Source: an uncultured Chitinophagales bacterium
Lineage (GTDB): Bacteria > Bacteroidota > Bacteroidia > Chitinophagales > BACL12
Length of the DNA stretch: 58,215 nucleotides
Assembly: GCA_964429745.1 (NCBI GenBank)
Contig: CAYSDI010000006.1
Coordinates: 1 to 58,215 of the forward strand
Direction: 5' to 3'
In this document: piece after piece, positions 8,701-17,324 of the stretch
Position numbering within the stretch: the stretch's first letter is position 1
Layout of the letters: each line of letters starts with the position of its first letter
Notes under the pieces: model-generated
Seen by the model: the letters and a program-made list of their open reading frames with translations, nothing else
Told to the model about the DNA's origin: nothing
Databases searched by the model: none
Translations under genes and position numbers: made by a program

Positions 8701-11700
8701 TTAACGAAGCAAAACTAGTTTCTCAAAGGCGCTGGCCCTTGTGGAGGGATCCGATAGGCTACGCACAGAGACCTTGTAAACGTAGACCCCACGGCCTATA
8801 GTATCTCCAAAGTCATCCAAACCGTCCCAAAGTATACCATCAATCCGATAACCATCTGTAATTACGTCTTGGACAAGGGTTTTGATGCGTTTTCCACTAA
8901 CCGTAAAAATTTCAACCATCACCTGCATCATGTCACCGGGGCGGTTGTGCTCGAACATGAATTCGGTGCGGGTAGTGAAGGGGTTGGGGTAGTTAAGTAC
9001 TTGACGCAGAGCCAGTTCTGAAGATTCCGCCACTACAAATTCGGTGTATCCCTCCCCGCTGTTGTTGTGCACATCCCACGCTTTGAGCCGGATGGTATGC
9101 CGGCCCGGTTCCAGGGTGGAAAGGCGGTATCGCAGGCTGCCGCTTTGGTAAGAGTCCAGGTCAGATTCATAGAACTCATTGAGCGTCAATGTGTTCTGCG
9201 TGTTCTCATCAACAACAGCCGTGATGTCGTGGCCGATGCCGTTACCCACGGTATTAATGCCGCTTTGGTCTTGCAGTTTAACCAATAAAATGGGTTGCTC
9301 GTCGGTAATGCCCCCAAACGCAAAGCTCTCTTCGTTCAAAAAGACATTGACCTCAGGGCCGGAATCGTCGGCAAGAATGCTGTCCGCTGTGCCGCCGATG
9401 ACCACGGTGGTATCAAAACCGTTCGCGTCCAGTACACCGTTGTCGGCGTAATAACTCACTTTGCCCTTGCCAAAACTGTAGGAGATGTCCTTGGGCACGA
9501 TAAATTCGAACTGAAAGCCGCCATTTGTAACGCTGGCCCTTCCCCGGTATATAATATTTTTTTGTAGTTCGAATTGGCGAACCGGACTCAAGGCGCCATC
9601 GTTGCTGAGGGTAGCCAGTGTGCTGGCCTTATCGTAGATGGTGGGGTAAACCGTGCCGCCAAAACTCTCCAGGCGGTTGCCGGAGTCGTCCCGGACCTCG
9701 CCGGTTATCAGCACTTTGGCCAGGCCGCGGAGCGTATCCGATACGGCTCCGTCAGCCGGCAGCCCGTTGACGGAGGTGGTCACGACATCATAATTGGGGT
9801 AGGCCAGGCGCAGCGCCGGATCGCCCAACAAGGTGAACTTGCGGTTGTTGTCACCGTCGCTGAGGTCAGGACCAGTGGCCAGACCGAGTTTGGTCAGCCG
9901 GACCACGTCGCCGAGCGCAGGCCGGGAACCATCGGGCATCGGTTCAAAAATGGTGCGAAAGACTTCGCGGTTGGTTTCGTAATTGGCATTGCTAAACACG
10001 AGACGCACCGTGGAAATCAGGGCAATGGCTCCGCCCTCAGCGTGAAGCAAGGTTTGTTCGCCGGCGGATGTGGCCGCGGGGTTGTCGTAGCGGCTGAATG
10101 AACAGGTTGCGGTGATAAACAACGCCAGGTTGTCCAGGTTGGTCCAATTGCTGATGTCGCTTTCAGATAAAACCCGCTCTTTTGCCCAGCTTTGCTCGCT
10201 GCCGTGGCCCGTGTAGTTCATGATCAGCGTGCCCGAAAACATGCGGTTGCTGATGGCTTCATTGGCGTCAGGGTAGCGCTCCCCACCCGATGCGGACACC
10301 TGCTGGTAAGCGTCCAGGTAGATCTTGTCCACGTTGTAAACCGGGTAATCAGCTGCAAGTTGATCGGTTGCAATGCGGTCGGCATCGCGGCGGTGCAGGT
10401 CGCCGTCCTCGTCGTCAGCCACAAACGTGACCATATTGCGCCAGCTTCCCAGACTGCTTTCGGAAATATAATGAATGACTTTGTCCACTACCGCGCGTGC
10501 TTCAGCCTCTGATTTAACGGGGAAGCGCCCGATTCCCAAGTCGATCCCTAACGTATCTTGTGTTATGTTGCTACCCCCTTCCCCCGGATCCAGAAAGCCG
10601 AAAAAGTCATCAGAAGTAAAGGTGGCAATGGGGTTCGTGGAATTCTTGCTTTGGAACGTAGGCACAAAATTCTGGTTGACCGATGCGTCAAAATCCAGGT
10701 TTTTGAAATCGTAGGAACCGTCACCAAAAAGCAAGAGGTAGCGCGGAAGCTGCTCATTGGAGGTGGCCCGTTCGTAGAACATCCGCATGAAATCGCGGAC
10801 GGCGGAAGGGTCCGGTGCTCCGTTGCCAAATTCATTGAACAACTGCGGCGTCAGTGCTACCAGCGTGTCCAGGCCGTCCTGGTCAGCGTGAAATCCGGCC
10901 ACGCGGCGGGCCTGATCGGCGAAATTGGGATGGCTTACCACAATAAAATCGGGGAAGCCGCGCGCCGGGTTGTGCAGGTCCTGATTGGCCAGCCCACCCA
11001 GCGAAGTAATCTGGCTGGAAGGCAGAACATCGCTTTCGCGGAAGGCAAAATACGCTTTGATCGCAATGTTGGCGTCTGTGCGCCATACAAACTCGCTCCC
11101 GCTGAAATTGCCGTCCTGCAACCGCGGAGACGTCGGGTCGCTCACGTCCCAAACGCTGGCCCCGCCTGCATTGCCAAGCTGAAACTCTGCTATGCTGCCC
11201 GGGGCTACACTGCGCGTATCGCGAAAACTCATGCCGCCAGTCCCGGGCATGCGAAGATTGCGGCGGGCGTTGATGACCAGGTAATCAAGCCAACCTCTGG
11301 CCGTGGCGTCGGAGGTATAGCGCATCTGGACGTTGATGTTATCTCCGGCAGTAACCAATTCTGCGTTGGATGTCCTGGTTTGCGCATAGAGCCGGTCAAA
11401 ACCAATGGTAATGATGCTCAGGTTAAAATTCAACAGGTTGCTGCCATTGACCGAAAGGTCAAAATTGGAAGAGGCCACCGCGGATCGGGCAGCGACCAGG
11501 CCTTCGATCCAGATGGGTTCTGCGCTAACGCGGTCGGGGAAATTGAACGAATAGCTCCGCACAGGCGTGAACACGTCGTAAAAGTCGCCGAACCACTGCC
11601 GGCCTGACTTTAGCAGGTTCTCCTCGTCGGTGTCGTAGAAGGCCACATCGTCAAAAGCCGTGACCGTTGTGGTTGGGGAACCGGGACTTTCGCCCTGCGA

Positions 11701-12681
11701 TTGAAGGCGCAAACCGCTGCCCTGATCGCTGGTCAGAAAGTAGTAAGTCTGGTCCGCGTATAGGTTTTTGACCGGGCGAAAACGCAGCCCGTCGTAGTCC
11801 AGGCGGTCTGGACCCTGTCCGTAAAAAAGCAAGTAGTCTCCTTCGTCAAAGGAGCCGTCGCCGCCGCCGACAATAACCGTGGCATTTTCGACCAGATCAT
11901 CGTGTCTGAAAGCACTGTTGTCTTCGGGAACCATGCCACCGCCGTTGCCGAAAATGGCCAGCTTCTGCGGATCCAGCGACGCGGTGTTAATGCCTAAATC
12001 CTGCAAAAAAGACCGGTCAATGCGGTAAACGCCATCGCGCGAAACGGCAATTTTAAACCAGCGCCCTTGAGCCAGCACACTCGGACCACCGGCGCGGAGC
12101 TGCCTGTTGTCGGTTTGCGGGTCACCGCTGCGGGGTGTTAGCCGCGTTTCCAGGCGAAAGCGGACCAGTCGCTCCACAACGCCGGTGGCCGGATTCCGGC
12201 GAATCGGCACGAGCGTGACCACCCCGATGGGTTGGCGGGCACTGGTCATGATCCAACTCCGGGGCTCTATTGCTTCGGGCCAGGTCGGCTCATCTGCAGT
12301 CAAACCGGGTTCAGACGGAGGAAGGGATTCGTACACCGCGTCCACTACGGCAGCGGTCCAGGAACCATCCGTGGATAAATTTTCCTGAAACCGGTAAACA
12401 GGAAGGCCGTTTTCCCGGTTGGTGAAGGCACCGCGGAACGTGGGACGGCTGGCGCTTTGGCCATTTGGGAGCACCACAGCTTGTGGTCCCTGCCAGGTCA
12501 ATTCGTGCCAATCTCCCGCGCTGCGAGGCGCTTGAAACTGTGGGGCTGGGCGATTGTTCCTGCTGTCGCCTGCCGCGCCCAGGCCATTCCCCTGACGCGT
12601 TTGTGCGGGTACGGACAAAACGGACATCCAAAACGCAGCAAACAACAACCATCGCGACAGAAAAGGAGTAGAAGACGTCAA
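8701..12681 (-). CDS. porU: T9SS C-terminal signal peptidase / sortase PorU (gingipain-like C25 peptidase)
   Basis: C25-type motifs are present: RYLLLFGDGSYDFKN, NYTGHGSE (catalytic His) and FITATCSFSRYD (catalytic Cys). A CTD-like C-terminus is present (...VYVYKVSVRS...FEKLVLLR). The start is uncertain. The ORF is open to 12792, but the TTG at 12681 gives a plausible signal peptide (MTSSTPFLSRWLLFAAFWMSVLSVPAQT) and avoids overlap with the divergent gene. Confidence 0.9.
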   Translation of the reverse strand: MTSSTPFLSRWLLFAAFWMSVLSVPAQTRQGNGLGAAGDSRNNRPAPQFQAPRSAGDWHELTWQGPQAVVLPNGQSASRPTFRGAFTNRENGLPVYRFQENLSTDGSWTAAVVDAVYESLPPSEPGLTADEPTWPEAIEPRSWIMTSARQPIGVVTLVPIRRNPATGVVERLVRFRLETRLTPRSGDPQTDNRQLRAGGPSVLAQGRWFKIAVSRDGVYRIDRSFLQDLGINTASLDPQKLAIFGNGGGMVPEDNSAFRHDDLVENATVIVGGGDGSFDEGDYLLFYGQGPDRLDYDGLRFRPVKNLYADQTYYFLTSDQGSGLRLQSQGESPGSPTTTVTAFDDVAFYDTDEENLLKSGRQWFGDFYDVFTPVRSYSFNFPDRVSAEPIWIEGLVAARSAVASSNFDLSVNGSNLLNFNLSIITIGFDRLYAQTRTSNAELVTAGDNINVQMRYTSDATARGWLDYLVINARRNLRMPGTGGMSFRDTRSVAPGSIAEFQLGNAGGASVWDVSDPTSPRLQDGNFSGSEFVWRTDANIAIKAYFAFRESDVLPSSQITSLGGLANQDLHNPARGFPDFIVVSHPNFADQARRVAGFHADQDGLDTLVALTPQLFNEFGNGAPDPSAVRDFMRMFYERATSNEQLPRYLLLFGDGSYDFKNLDFDASVNQNFVPTFQSKNSTNPIATFTSDDFFGFLDPGEGGSNITQDTLGIDLGIGRFPVKSEAEARAVVDKVIHYISESSLGSWRNMVTFVADDEDGDLHRRDADRIATDQLAADYPVYNVDKIYLDAYQQVSASGGERYPDANEAISNRMFSGTLIMNYTGHGSEQSWAKERVLSESDISNWTNLDNLALFITATCSFSRYDNPAATSAGEQTLLHAEGGAIALISTVRLVFSNANYETNREVFRTIFEPMPDGSRPALGDVVRLTKLGLATGPDLSDGDNNRKFTLLGDPALRLAYPNYDVVTTSVNGLPADGAVSDTLRGLAKVLITGEVRDDSGNRLESFGGTVYPTIYDKASTLATLSNDGALSPVRQFELQKNIIYRGRASVTNGGFQFEFIVPKDISYSFGKGKVSYYADNGVLDANGFDTTVVIGGTADSILADDSGPEVNVFLNEESFAFGGITDEQPILLVKLQDQSGINTVGNGIGHDITAVVDENTQNTLTLNEFYESDLDSYQSGSLRYRLSTLEPGRHTIRLKAWDVHNNSGEGYTEFVVAESSELALRQVLNYPNPFTTRTEFMFEHNRPGDMMQVMVEIFTVSGKRIKTLVQDVITDGYRIDGILWDGLDDFGDTIGRGVYVYKVSVRSLSDPSTRASAFEKLVLLR

Positions 12682-12790
12682 ATCCAGGGAAGTTTTGGGC
12701 AGAAGTATGAAACCGCAAAATGGAACGTTAACGGTAGGAACGTTAACGAAACGAATAGCTTTGGGCAAAATTGCCATTCTACCAGCATCC

Positions 12791-13867
12791 ATGCACTTTT
12801 TAACCCGTCGGCTTAGTCAAAAGTTCATAGAAACGTTCAAATCTACGGGTCTCAAACGGGCTGTGTGGAGTTTATGCACAGTGCTTTCGCTGGTTACAGG
12901 GCCAGCTTTTTCTCAGGATCCGGCGTTTAGCCAGTTCCCGAGTTTGCCCATGAGCGTCAACCCGGCGCTGGCCGGCAATGCCGGGCACGGGCAAATGAGC
13001 CTGATTTTCCGCGACCAATGGCCGGAATTTCCACAGAGTTACGTCACCTACGCCCTGGCCTGGGACCAGTTTTTTCCGCGCATCAACAGCGCTTTTGGGG
13101 TCATGGCCCTCGGCGATCGGCAGGGGAATGGGATTTTTAACACCCACAGCCTGCACGGCTTTTACGTGTACGGCGTGCCCTTGGGCCAACACAGCGCCAT
13201 TCGCCTGGGCATGGAATTCAGTTGGGCGCAACGCGGCCTTCGCTGGGAGGATCTGCGCTTCTTCGACCAAATTGACCCGGTTTTTGGCTTCAACAACTCG
13301 GCTGGTGTGCTGAATCCGACGGGTGAAATCCCACCGGGAGACCCCAGCATTAATTGGTTTGACGCCGGCGCCGGGGCCATGATCTTCAACCGCAAAACCT
13401 ACGCGGGCTTTTCCATCAAGCACCTCCCTCGCCCAAATACCGCCTTTTACGAGGGGCGCGAAGACCGCCTGCCGATTGCCTGGTCCGCGCAAGCCGGTGC
13501 CCGCCTGCCCATCGGAGCCAACAGGCGCGATCCAACGGTGTTTTCGCCTTATTTGCTGGGCATTCGCCAAGGTGATTTCAGCCAGGCCCGGGCCGGAATG
13601 CGGCTCGGCAAAGGGCTTGTTTACGGAGGTACGGCGCTCCGCTACGCCTTCTCCCCGCTTGGTGGAACCGCTGATGCGCTGATCCTGGAGGCGGGACTGC
13701 GCAAAAATGGGTTTGAAATGACTTACAGCTACGACGTTGCGGTGGGTCCGGTGGCTGGTCAGAGCGGTGGGGCACACGAATTGGCCTTGCTTTTGCGTTT
13801 AACGGGCGAAGGGGCACGCGAAGCAGGGCGACTGCGGAGCGAATCCCTGCGCTGTCCGGTTTTCTGA
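12791..13867 (+). CDS. PorP/SprF-family T9SS membrane protein
   Basis: A signal peptide is followed by QDPAFSQFPSLPMSVNPALAGN...LIFRDQWPEFP, the hallmark N-terminus of PorP/SprF. I chose the ATG at 12791; the ORF is open from 12695. Confidence 0.85.
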   Translation: MHFLTRRLSQKFIETFKSTGLKRAVWSLCTVLSLVTGPAFSQDPAFSQFPSLPMSVNPALAGNAGHGQMSLIFRDQWPEFPQSYVTYALAWDQFFPRINSAFGVMALGDRQGNGIFNTHSLHGFYVYGVPLGQHSAIRLGMEFSWAQRGLRWEDLRFFDQIDPVFGFNNSAGVLNPTGEIPPGDPSINWFDAGAGAMIFNRKTYAGFSIKHLPRPNTAFYEGREDRLPIAWSAQAGARLPIGANRRDPTVFSPYLLGIRQGDFSQARAGMRLGKGLVYGGTALRYAFSPLGGTADALILEAGLRKNGFEMTYSYDVAVGPVAGQSGGAHELALLLRLTGEGAREAGRLRSESLRCPVF

Positions 13868-13973
13868 ACATGCGCAAACGCTTTTTTCCTGCCCCTTTGC
13901 ACAACAAAACATGAATCCTAAACGTAAACGGGAAATGATAAGCTCCGTTCGGGCTTCGATATGATTGATTGTT

Positions 13974-13981
13974 TACATTTG
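13974..13981 (+). promoter_or_regulatory. Candidate -7 box (TACATTTG) for gldJ, with TTG-containing sequence about 10-20 bp upstream
   Basis: Match to TAnnTTTG in the 305-bp sprF-like/gldJ spacer. If used, the 13-bp repeat array lies inside a leader of roughly 185 nt. Confidence 0.3.
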
Positions 13982-14037
13982 CCTTCAGTCTGAACCTTTT
14001 TCTCGTGAAAAAGGAGTTCGATGGCAGAACTAAGCCG

Positions 14038-14125
14038 TCAACTCAAGCTCACAGCTTAAGCTTTCAATTCAAGCTCTCAACTTAAGCTCTTCACTTAAGC
14101 TCTCAACTTAAGCTCTTCACTTAAG
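14038..14125. repeat. About 6.8 x 13-bp tandem repeat (consensus TCAACTTAAGCTC alternating with TTCACTTAAGCTC; the last four units form a perfect 26-bp doublet)
   Basis: Read directly: tcaactcaagctc|acagcttaagctt|tcaattcaagctc|tcaacttaagctc|ttcacttaagctc|tcaacttaagctc|ttcacttaag. Each unit carries the palindrome CTTAAG (GCTTAAGC in unit 2). The array ends 47 nt upstream of the gldJ ATG. Confidence 0.95.
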
Positions 14126-14172
14126 AATTACTCCGCCTCGTCTGCTCAGCAGTTTAAACCTGCGCCCTGCAT

Positions 14173-15699
14173 ATGAACAAGACCATTCATTTTCTATTGC
14201 CCGCGGTGGCCGGCCTGTTGGTGCTCTCTTCCTGCAGCCAGAACAAATCCGAGATCACCAACTGGAATTACAACGACGCCAAATGGGGCGGCTACGAAAA
14301 AGTGGACTACGCCGGTCAGGCGACTGGTCCCAACCTGGTGCTCATCGAGGGCGGTACCTTCATGATGGGGGTTACCGAACAGGATGTCACCTACGAATAC
14401 AACAACGTGCCTCGCCGGGTAACGGTTTCTTCGTTTTACATTGACGAAACGGAGATCTCCAACACACACTACCGGGAGTACCTGTTCTGGCTCGGTCGCG
14501 TTTTCCGCGCCGAATTCCCCCAGGTTTTCTGGGACGCCCATCCGGACACGCTGGTTTGGCGCGAGGAGTTGGCCTACAACGACCCTTACGTGGAGTACTA
14601 CTTCCGCCACCCGTCGTACAACGACTACCCGGTGGTTGGGGTAACCTGGACGCAAGCCAATGAATTTTGCAGATGGCGCACCGACCGCGTCAACGAAGGG
14701 CTGTTGGCCGAAGGCAAATACCTGGAGCTGAACGTCAACGCTTATGGCGACGACAACTTTAACACCGAAGCTTACCTGTTGGGTCAGTACCAGACCGGTT
14801 TGCTGAAAGGCAAGAAAGACTACAGCCCGGATGCCGCTGATCCAAAAGCTGGTCGCAAAATCAAAATGGAAGACGGCATCATCATGCCGGACTACCGCCT
14901 GCCCACTGAGGCAGAATGGGAATATGCAGCCTTGGGTCTGCGCGGCAACCAGATCGAGGAAAATGAAATGATCACCGATCGTCGCATTTACCCCTGGAAC
15001 GGCAGCACGATGCGCTACCCCAATACGAGGGAGCGCTGGCAGCAAGGCCAGATGGTCGCCAACTTTAAGCGCGGTCGCGGTGACTATGCCGGTGTGGCCG
15101 GCAAACTCAACGACAACGCCATTGTGACGGCGCCAGTGGTCAGCTACCTGCCCAACGACTTTGGCTTGTTCAACATGGCCGGTAACGTGAACGAATGGGT
15201 TCAGGACGTTTTCCGCCCCATGACCTACATGGACATGGACGACATGAACCCCTACCGCGGTAACAAATTTGAAACCCGTGTGCTGGACGAAGAAGGCAAC
15301 GTGGCCGAAAAAGACAGCTTGGGCCGCATCCGCTACCGCGCTGTTGAGGACGCCGAAGTCGTAGATCGCCGCAACTACAAGCGCGGTGACGTGCGCAACT
15401 TCGTTGACGGTGACTCCATTTCGATGGCCGAATACCGCTACGGCAAAAACACACTGATCAACGATCAGGCCCGCGTCTACAAAGGCGGTTCCTGGTCAGA
15501 CGAAGCCTTCTGGCTCTCTCCCGGTGCCCGCCGTTATTTGGACGAGAACCTGAGCACCGCCACCATCGGCTTCCGCTGCGCAATGATCCGCATGGGTGGT
15601 GACGTGAGCAACGAAACCCCCGGTGGCAACCAGTTCAACGAGGCCAAAAAGGTCCAAAAGGCCAGCGACAAGGCTCGCAAGAAGAGCCAGATCAAGTAA
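14173..15699 (+). CDS. gldJ: Gliding-motility lipoprotein GldJ (FGE-sulfatase/SUMF1-like fold)
   Basis: 508-aa ORF with a lipoprotein signal (...LLVLSSC), a SUMF1-like body (YRLPTEAEWEYAA, GNVNEWVQD, VYKGGSW...GFRC) and the conserved porU/porV neighbourhood. Confidence 0.9.
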   Translation: MNKTIHFLLPAVAGLLVLSSCSQNKSEITNWNYNDAKWGGYEKVDYAGQATGPNLVLIEGGTFMMGVTEQDVTYEYNNVPRRVTVSSFYIDETEISNTHYREYLFWLGRVFRAEFPQVFWDAHPDTLVWREELAYNDPYVEYYFRHPSYNDYPVVGVTWTQANEFCRWRTDRVNEGLLAEGKYLELNVNAYGDDNFNTEAYLLGQYQTGLLKGKKDYSPDAADPKAGRKIKMEDGIIMPDYRLPTEAEWEYAALGLRGNQIEENEMITDRRIYPWNGSTMRYPNTRERWQQGQMVANFKRGRGDYAGVAGKLNDNAIVTAPVVSYLPNDFGLFNMAGNVNEWVQDVFRPMTYMDMDDMNPYRGNKFETRVLDEEGNVAEKDSLGRIRYRAVEDAEVVDRRNYKRGDVRNFVDGDSISMAEYRYGKNTLINDQARVYKGGSWSDEAFWLSPGARRYLDENLSTATIGFRCAMIRMGGDVSNETPGGNQFNEAKKVQKASDKARKKSQIK

Positions 15700-15727
15700 G
15701 CCTTCTGCTTTTTAAAATACAATGTTC

Positions 15728-15757
15728 AAAGCCATCCTCCGGGATGGCTTTGTTTTT
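15728..15757 (+). terminator. Rho-independent terminator after gldJ
   Basis: 10-bp perfect stem AAAGCCATCC / GGATGGCTTT with loop TCCG, followed by GTTTTTA. It begins 29 nt after the gldJ stop. Confidence 0.7.
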
Positions 15758-15825
15758 AGAAGCACCCTTAAGTCACGTGGTTGGGTGCTGCTGCGGTTTG
15801 CCATTCGCTGCGTTCCTTTGTTGCT

Positions 15826-17247
15826 GTGGAATACGCTGCTCTTTATCCCGCATTTTTAGAAGCGCGCTCGGTCTGCACCGACACGCGCAAACTCCTTCCC
15901 GGCGACCTTTATTTCGCGCTGAAGGGTCCAAACTTCAACGGCAACCGCTTTGCGGAACAAGCCTTGGCGCTTGGGGCCTCTTTGCTGGTGTTGGACGAGC
16001 CGCCTGAGCGCGCCGCTCTGGCCTCCGATCCGCGCGTGCTGCTGGTCTCCGATGTGTTGGCGGCTTTGCAGGATTTAGCGCGGACGCACCGCCGCAGCTT
16101 CAACTTTCCGCTATTCGCCCTAACCGGATCAAACGGGAAAACCACCACCAAGGAATTGCTGGCCGCCGCCTTGGCGCAGCGCTACCGCGTGGGCTTTACA
16201 CAAGGCAACCTGAACAACCACATCGGCGTGCCGCTCACGCTGTTGAGCCTGCCTGCAGACACCGAATTTGCAGTGGTGGAAATGGGGGCTAATGCGCAGC
16301 GCGAAATCGCGGGGCTGTGCGCCATTGCCGAACCGGATGCCGGGTTAATCACCAACATTGGCGATGCCCATCTGGAAGGTTTCGGGGGAAGGGCCGGCGT
16401 GAAAAAGGGCAAAGGTGAGCTCTTTGATTACATGCGCTCGCGCGGAGGCACGATCTTTTGCTGGAGCGATTCCGACGACCTGGTAGAACTTGCTTCGGGA
16501 AGCTTGCATACAATAACTTATGGAAGCGGGCCGGCTTGTGCTGTGCGCATGGAACCACTTACTGGCGGACTTTTTGCCGCCGCGACCCTGCAGTTTCAAC
16601 ACCCTTTCCCAGAGGCCCGCATGGTGGTTCGCACGCAACTTGTGGGCGGATATAACAACGCCAATGTAACCGCTGCGGCCTGCGTGGCGGCGTTCTACGG
16701 CGTGTCGCCAGAAGCCATACAGCGCGGTTTAGAGCAATATCGGCCAGGCAACCAGCGATCTGAATGGCGGCAGCATGGCTCCAACACGTTGTACCTGGAT
16801 GCCTACAATGCCAACCCTACCAGCATGCGCGAAGCCTTGATCAGCCTTGCAGCCCTGCCAGTTGGGGACGATTCGGAGCGCGCGGAATCGTATGAAGACG
16901 GGGCTGATGCATCCAGCGGGGATGCTGCTGGGTTGATTTCGTCCGCCAAAGCAGCTTTATCTGCCCAACAGAAAGGTGCCGTGCTCGGCGACATGTTGGA
17001 ACTGGGCGAGTACAGCCGCGCTGCGCACCAAGAGATCGCTGATCTGGCGGGCTCGCTCGGGCTTGGGCTGCTGGTTTTTATTGGACCGGAGTTTGGGCTT
17101 GTGCGGCTTCCTGTCGCCTCGGTTCACTTCCAGGATGCTTCGGGGGCTGTGGCCTGGCTGCGCGGGCAGCGCGTGAGCGACTGTGTTCTGTTGCTCAAAG
17201 GGTCGCGCGGGATCGGGGTAGAGCGGGTCATGGAGGCCTTGGTGTAG
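15826..17247 (+). CDS. murF: UDP-N-acetylmuramoyl-tripeptide--D-alanyl-D-alanine ligase MurF
   Basis: Motifs present: TDTRKLLPGDLYFALKGPNFNGNRFA, P-loop LTGSNGKTTTKELL, and DAYNANPTSM ... VLGDMLELG. I prefer the GTG start at 15826 (VEYAALYPAFL...); the ORF is open from a TTG at 15781. Confidence 0.9.
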   Translation: MEYAALYPAFLEARSVCTDTRKLLPGDLYFALKGPNFNGNRFAEQALALGASLLVLDEPPERAALASDPRVLLVSDVLAALQDLARTHRRSFNFPLFALTGSNGKTTTKELLAAALAQRYRVGFTQGNLNNHIGVPLTLLSLPADTEFAVVEMGANAQREIAGLCAIAEPDAGLITNIGDAHLEGFGGRAGVKKGKGELFDYMRSRGGTIFCWSDSDDLVELASGSLHTITYGSGPACAVRMEPLTGGLFAAATLQFQHPFPEARMVVRTQLVGGYNNANVTAAACVAAFYGVSPEAIQRGLEQYRPGNQRSEWRQHGSNTLYLDAYNANPTSMREALISLAALPVGDDSERAESYEDGADASSGDAAGLISSAKAALSAQQKGAVLGDMLELGEYSRAAHQEIADLAGSLGLGLLVFIGPEFGLVRLPVASVHFQDASGAVAWLRGQRVSDCVLLLKGSRGIGVERVMEALV

Positions 17248-17324
17248 GCAAACGCAGGTGCTTCCAAACCCGAAAGGGCTGCGCTGGAGACATCCCCCTT
17301 CCCCCGGCATCAAGCCATAGCGAT

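Noticed and set aside
10558-11607. 349-aa plus-strand ORF inside porU. Similar long antisense or out-of-frame ORFs occur at 7143-7928, 12872-13777, 14194-15045, 20916-21770, 25680-26915, 28293-29213, 37780-38721, 44552-45427 and 52298-53191.
   Set aside because: All lie entirely within confidently identified genes on the opposite strand. Their composition is Arg/Gly/Pro/Ala-rich and low-complexity, and they have no recognisable motifs. These are typical shadow ORFs of GC-rich DNA.
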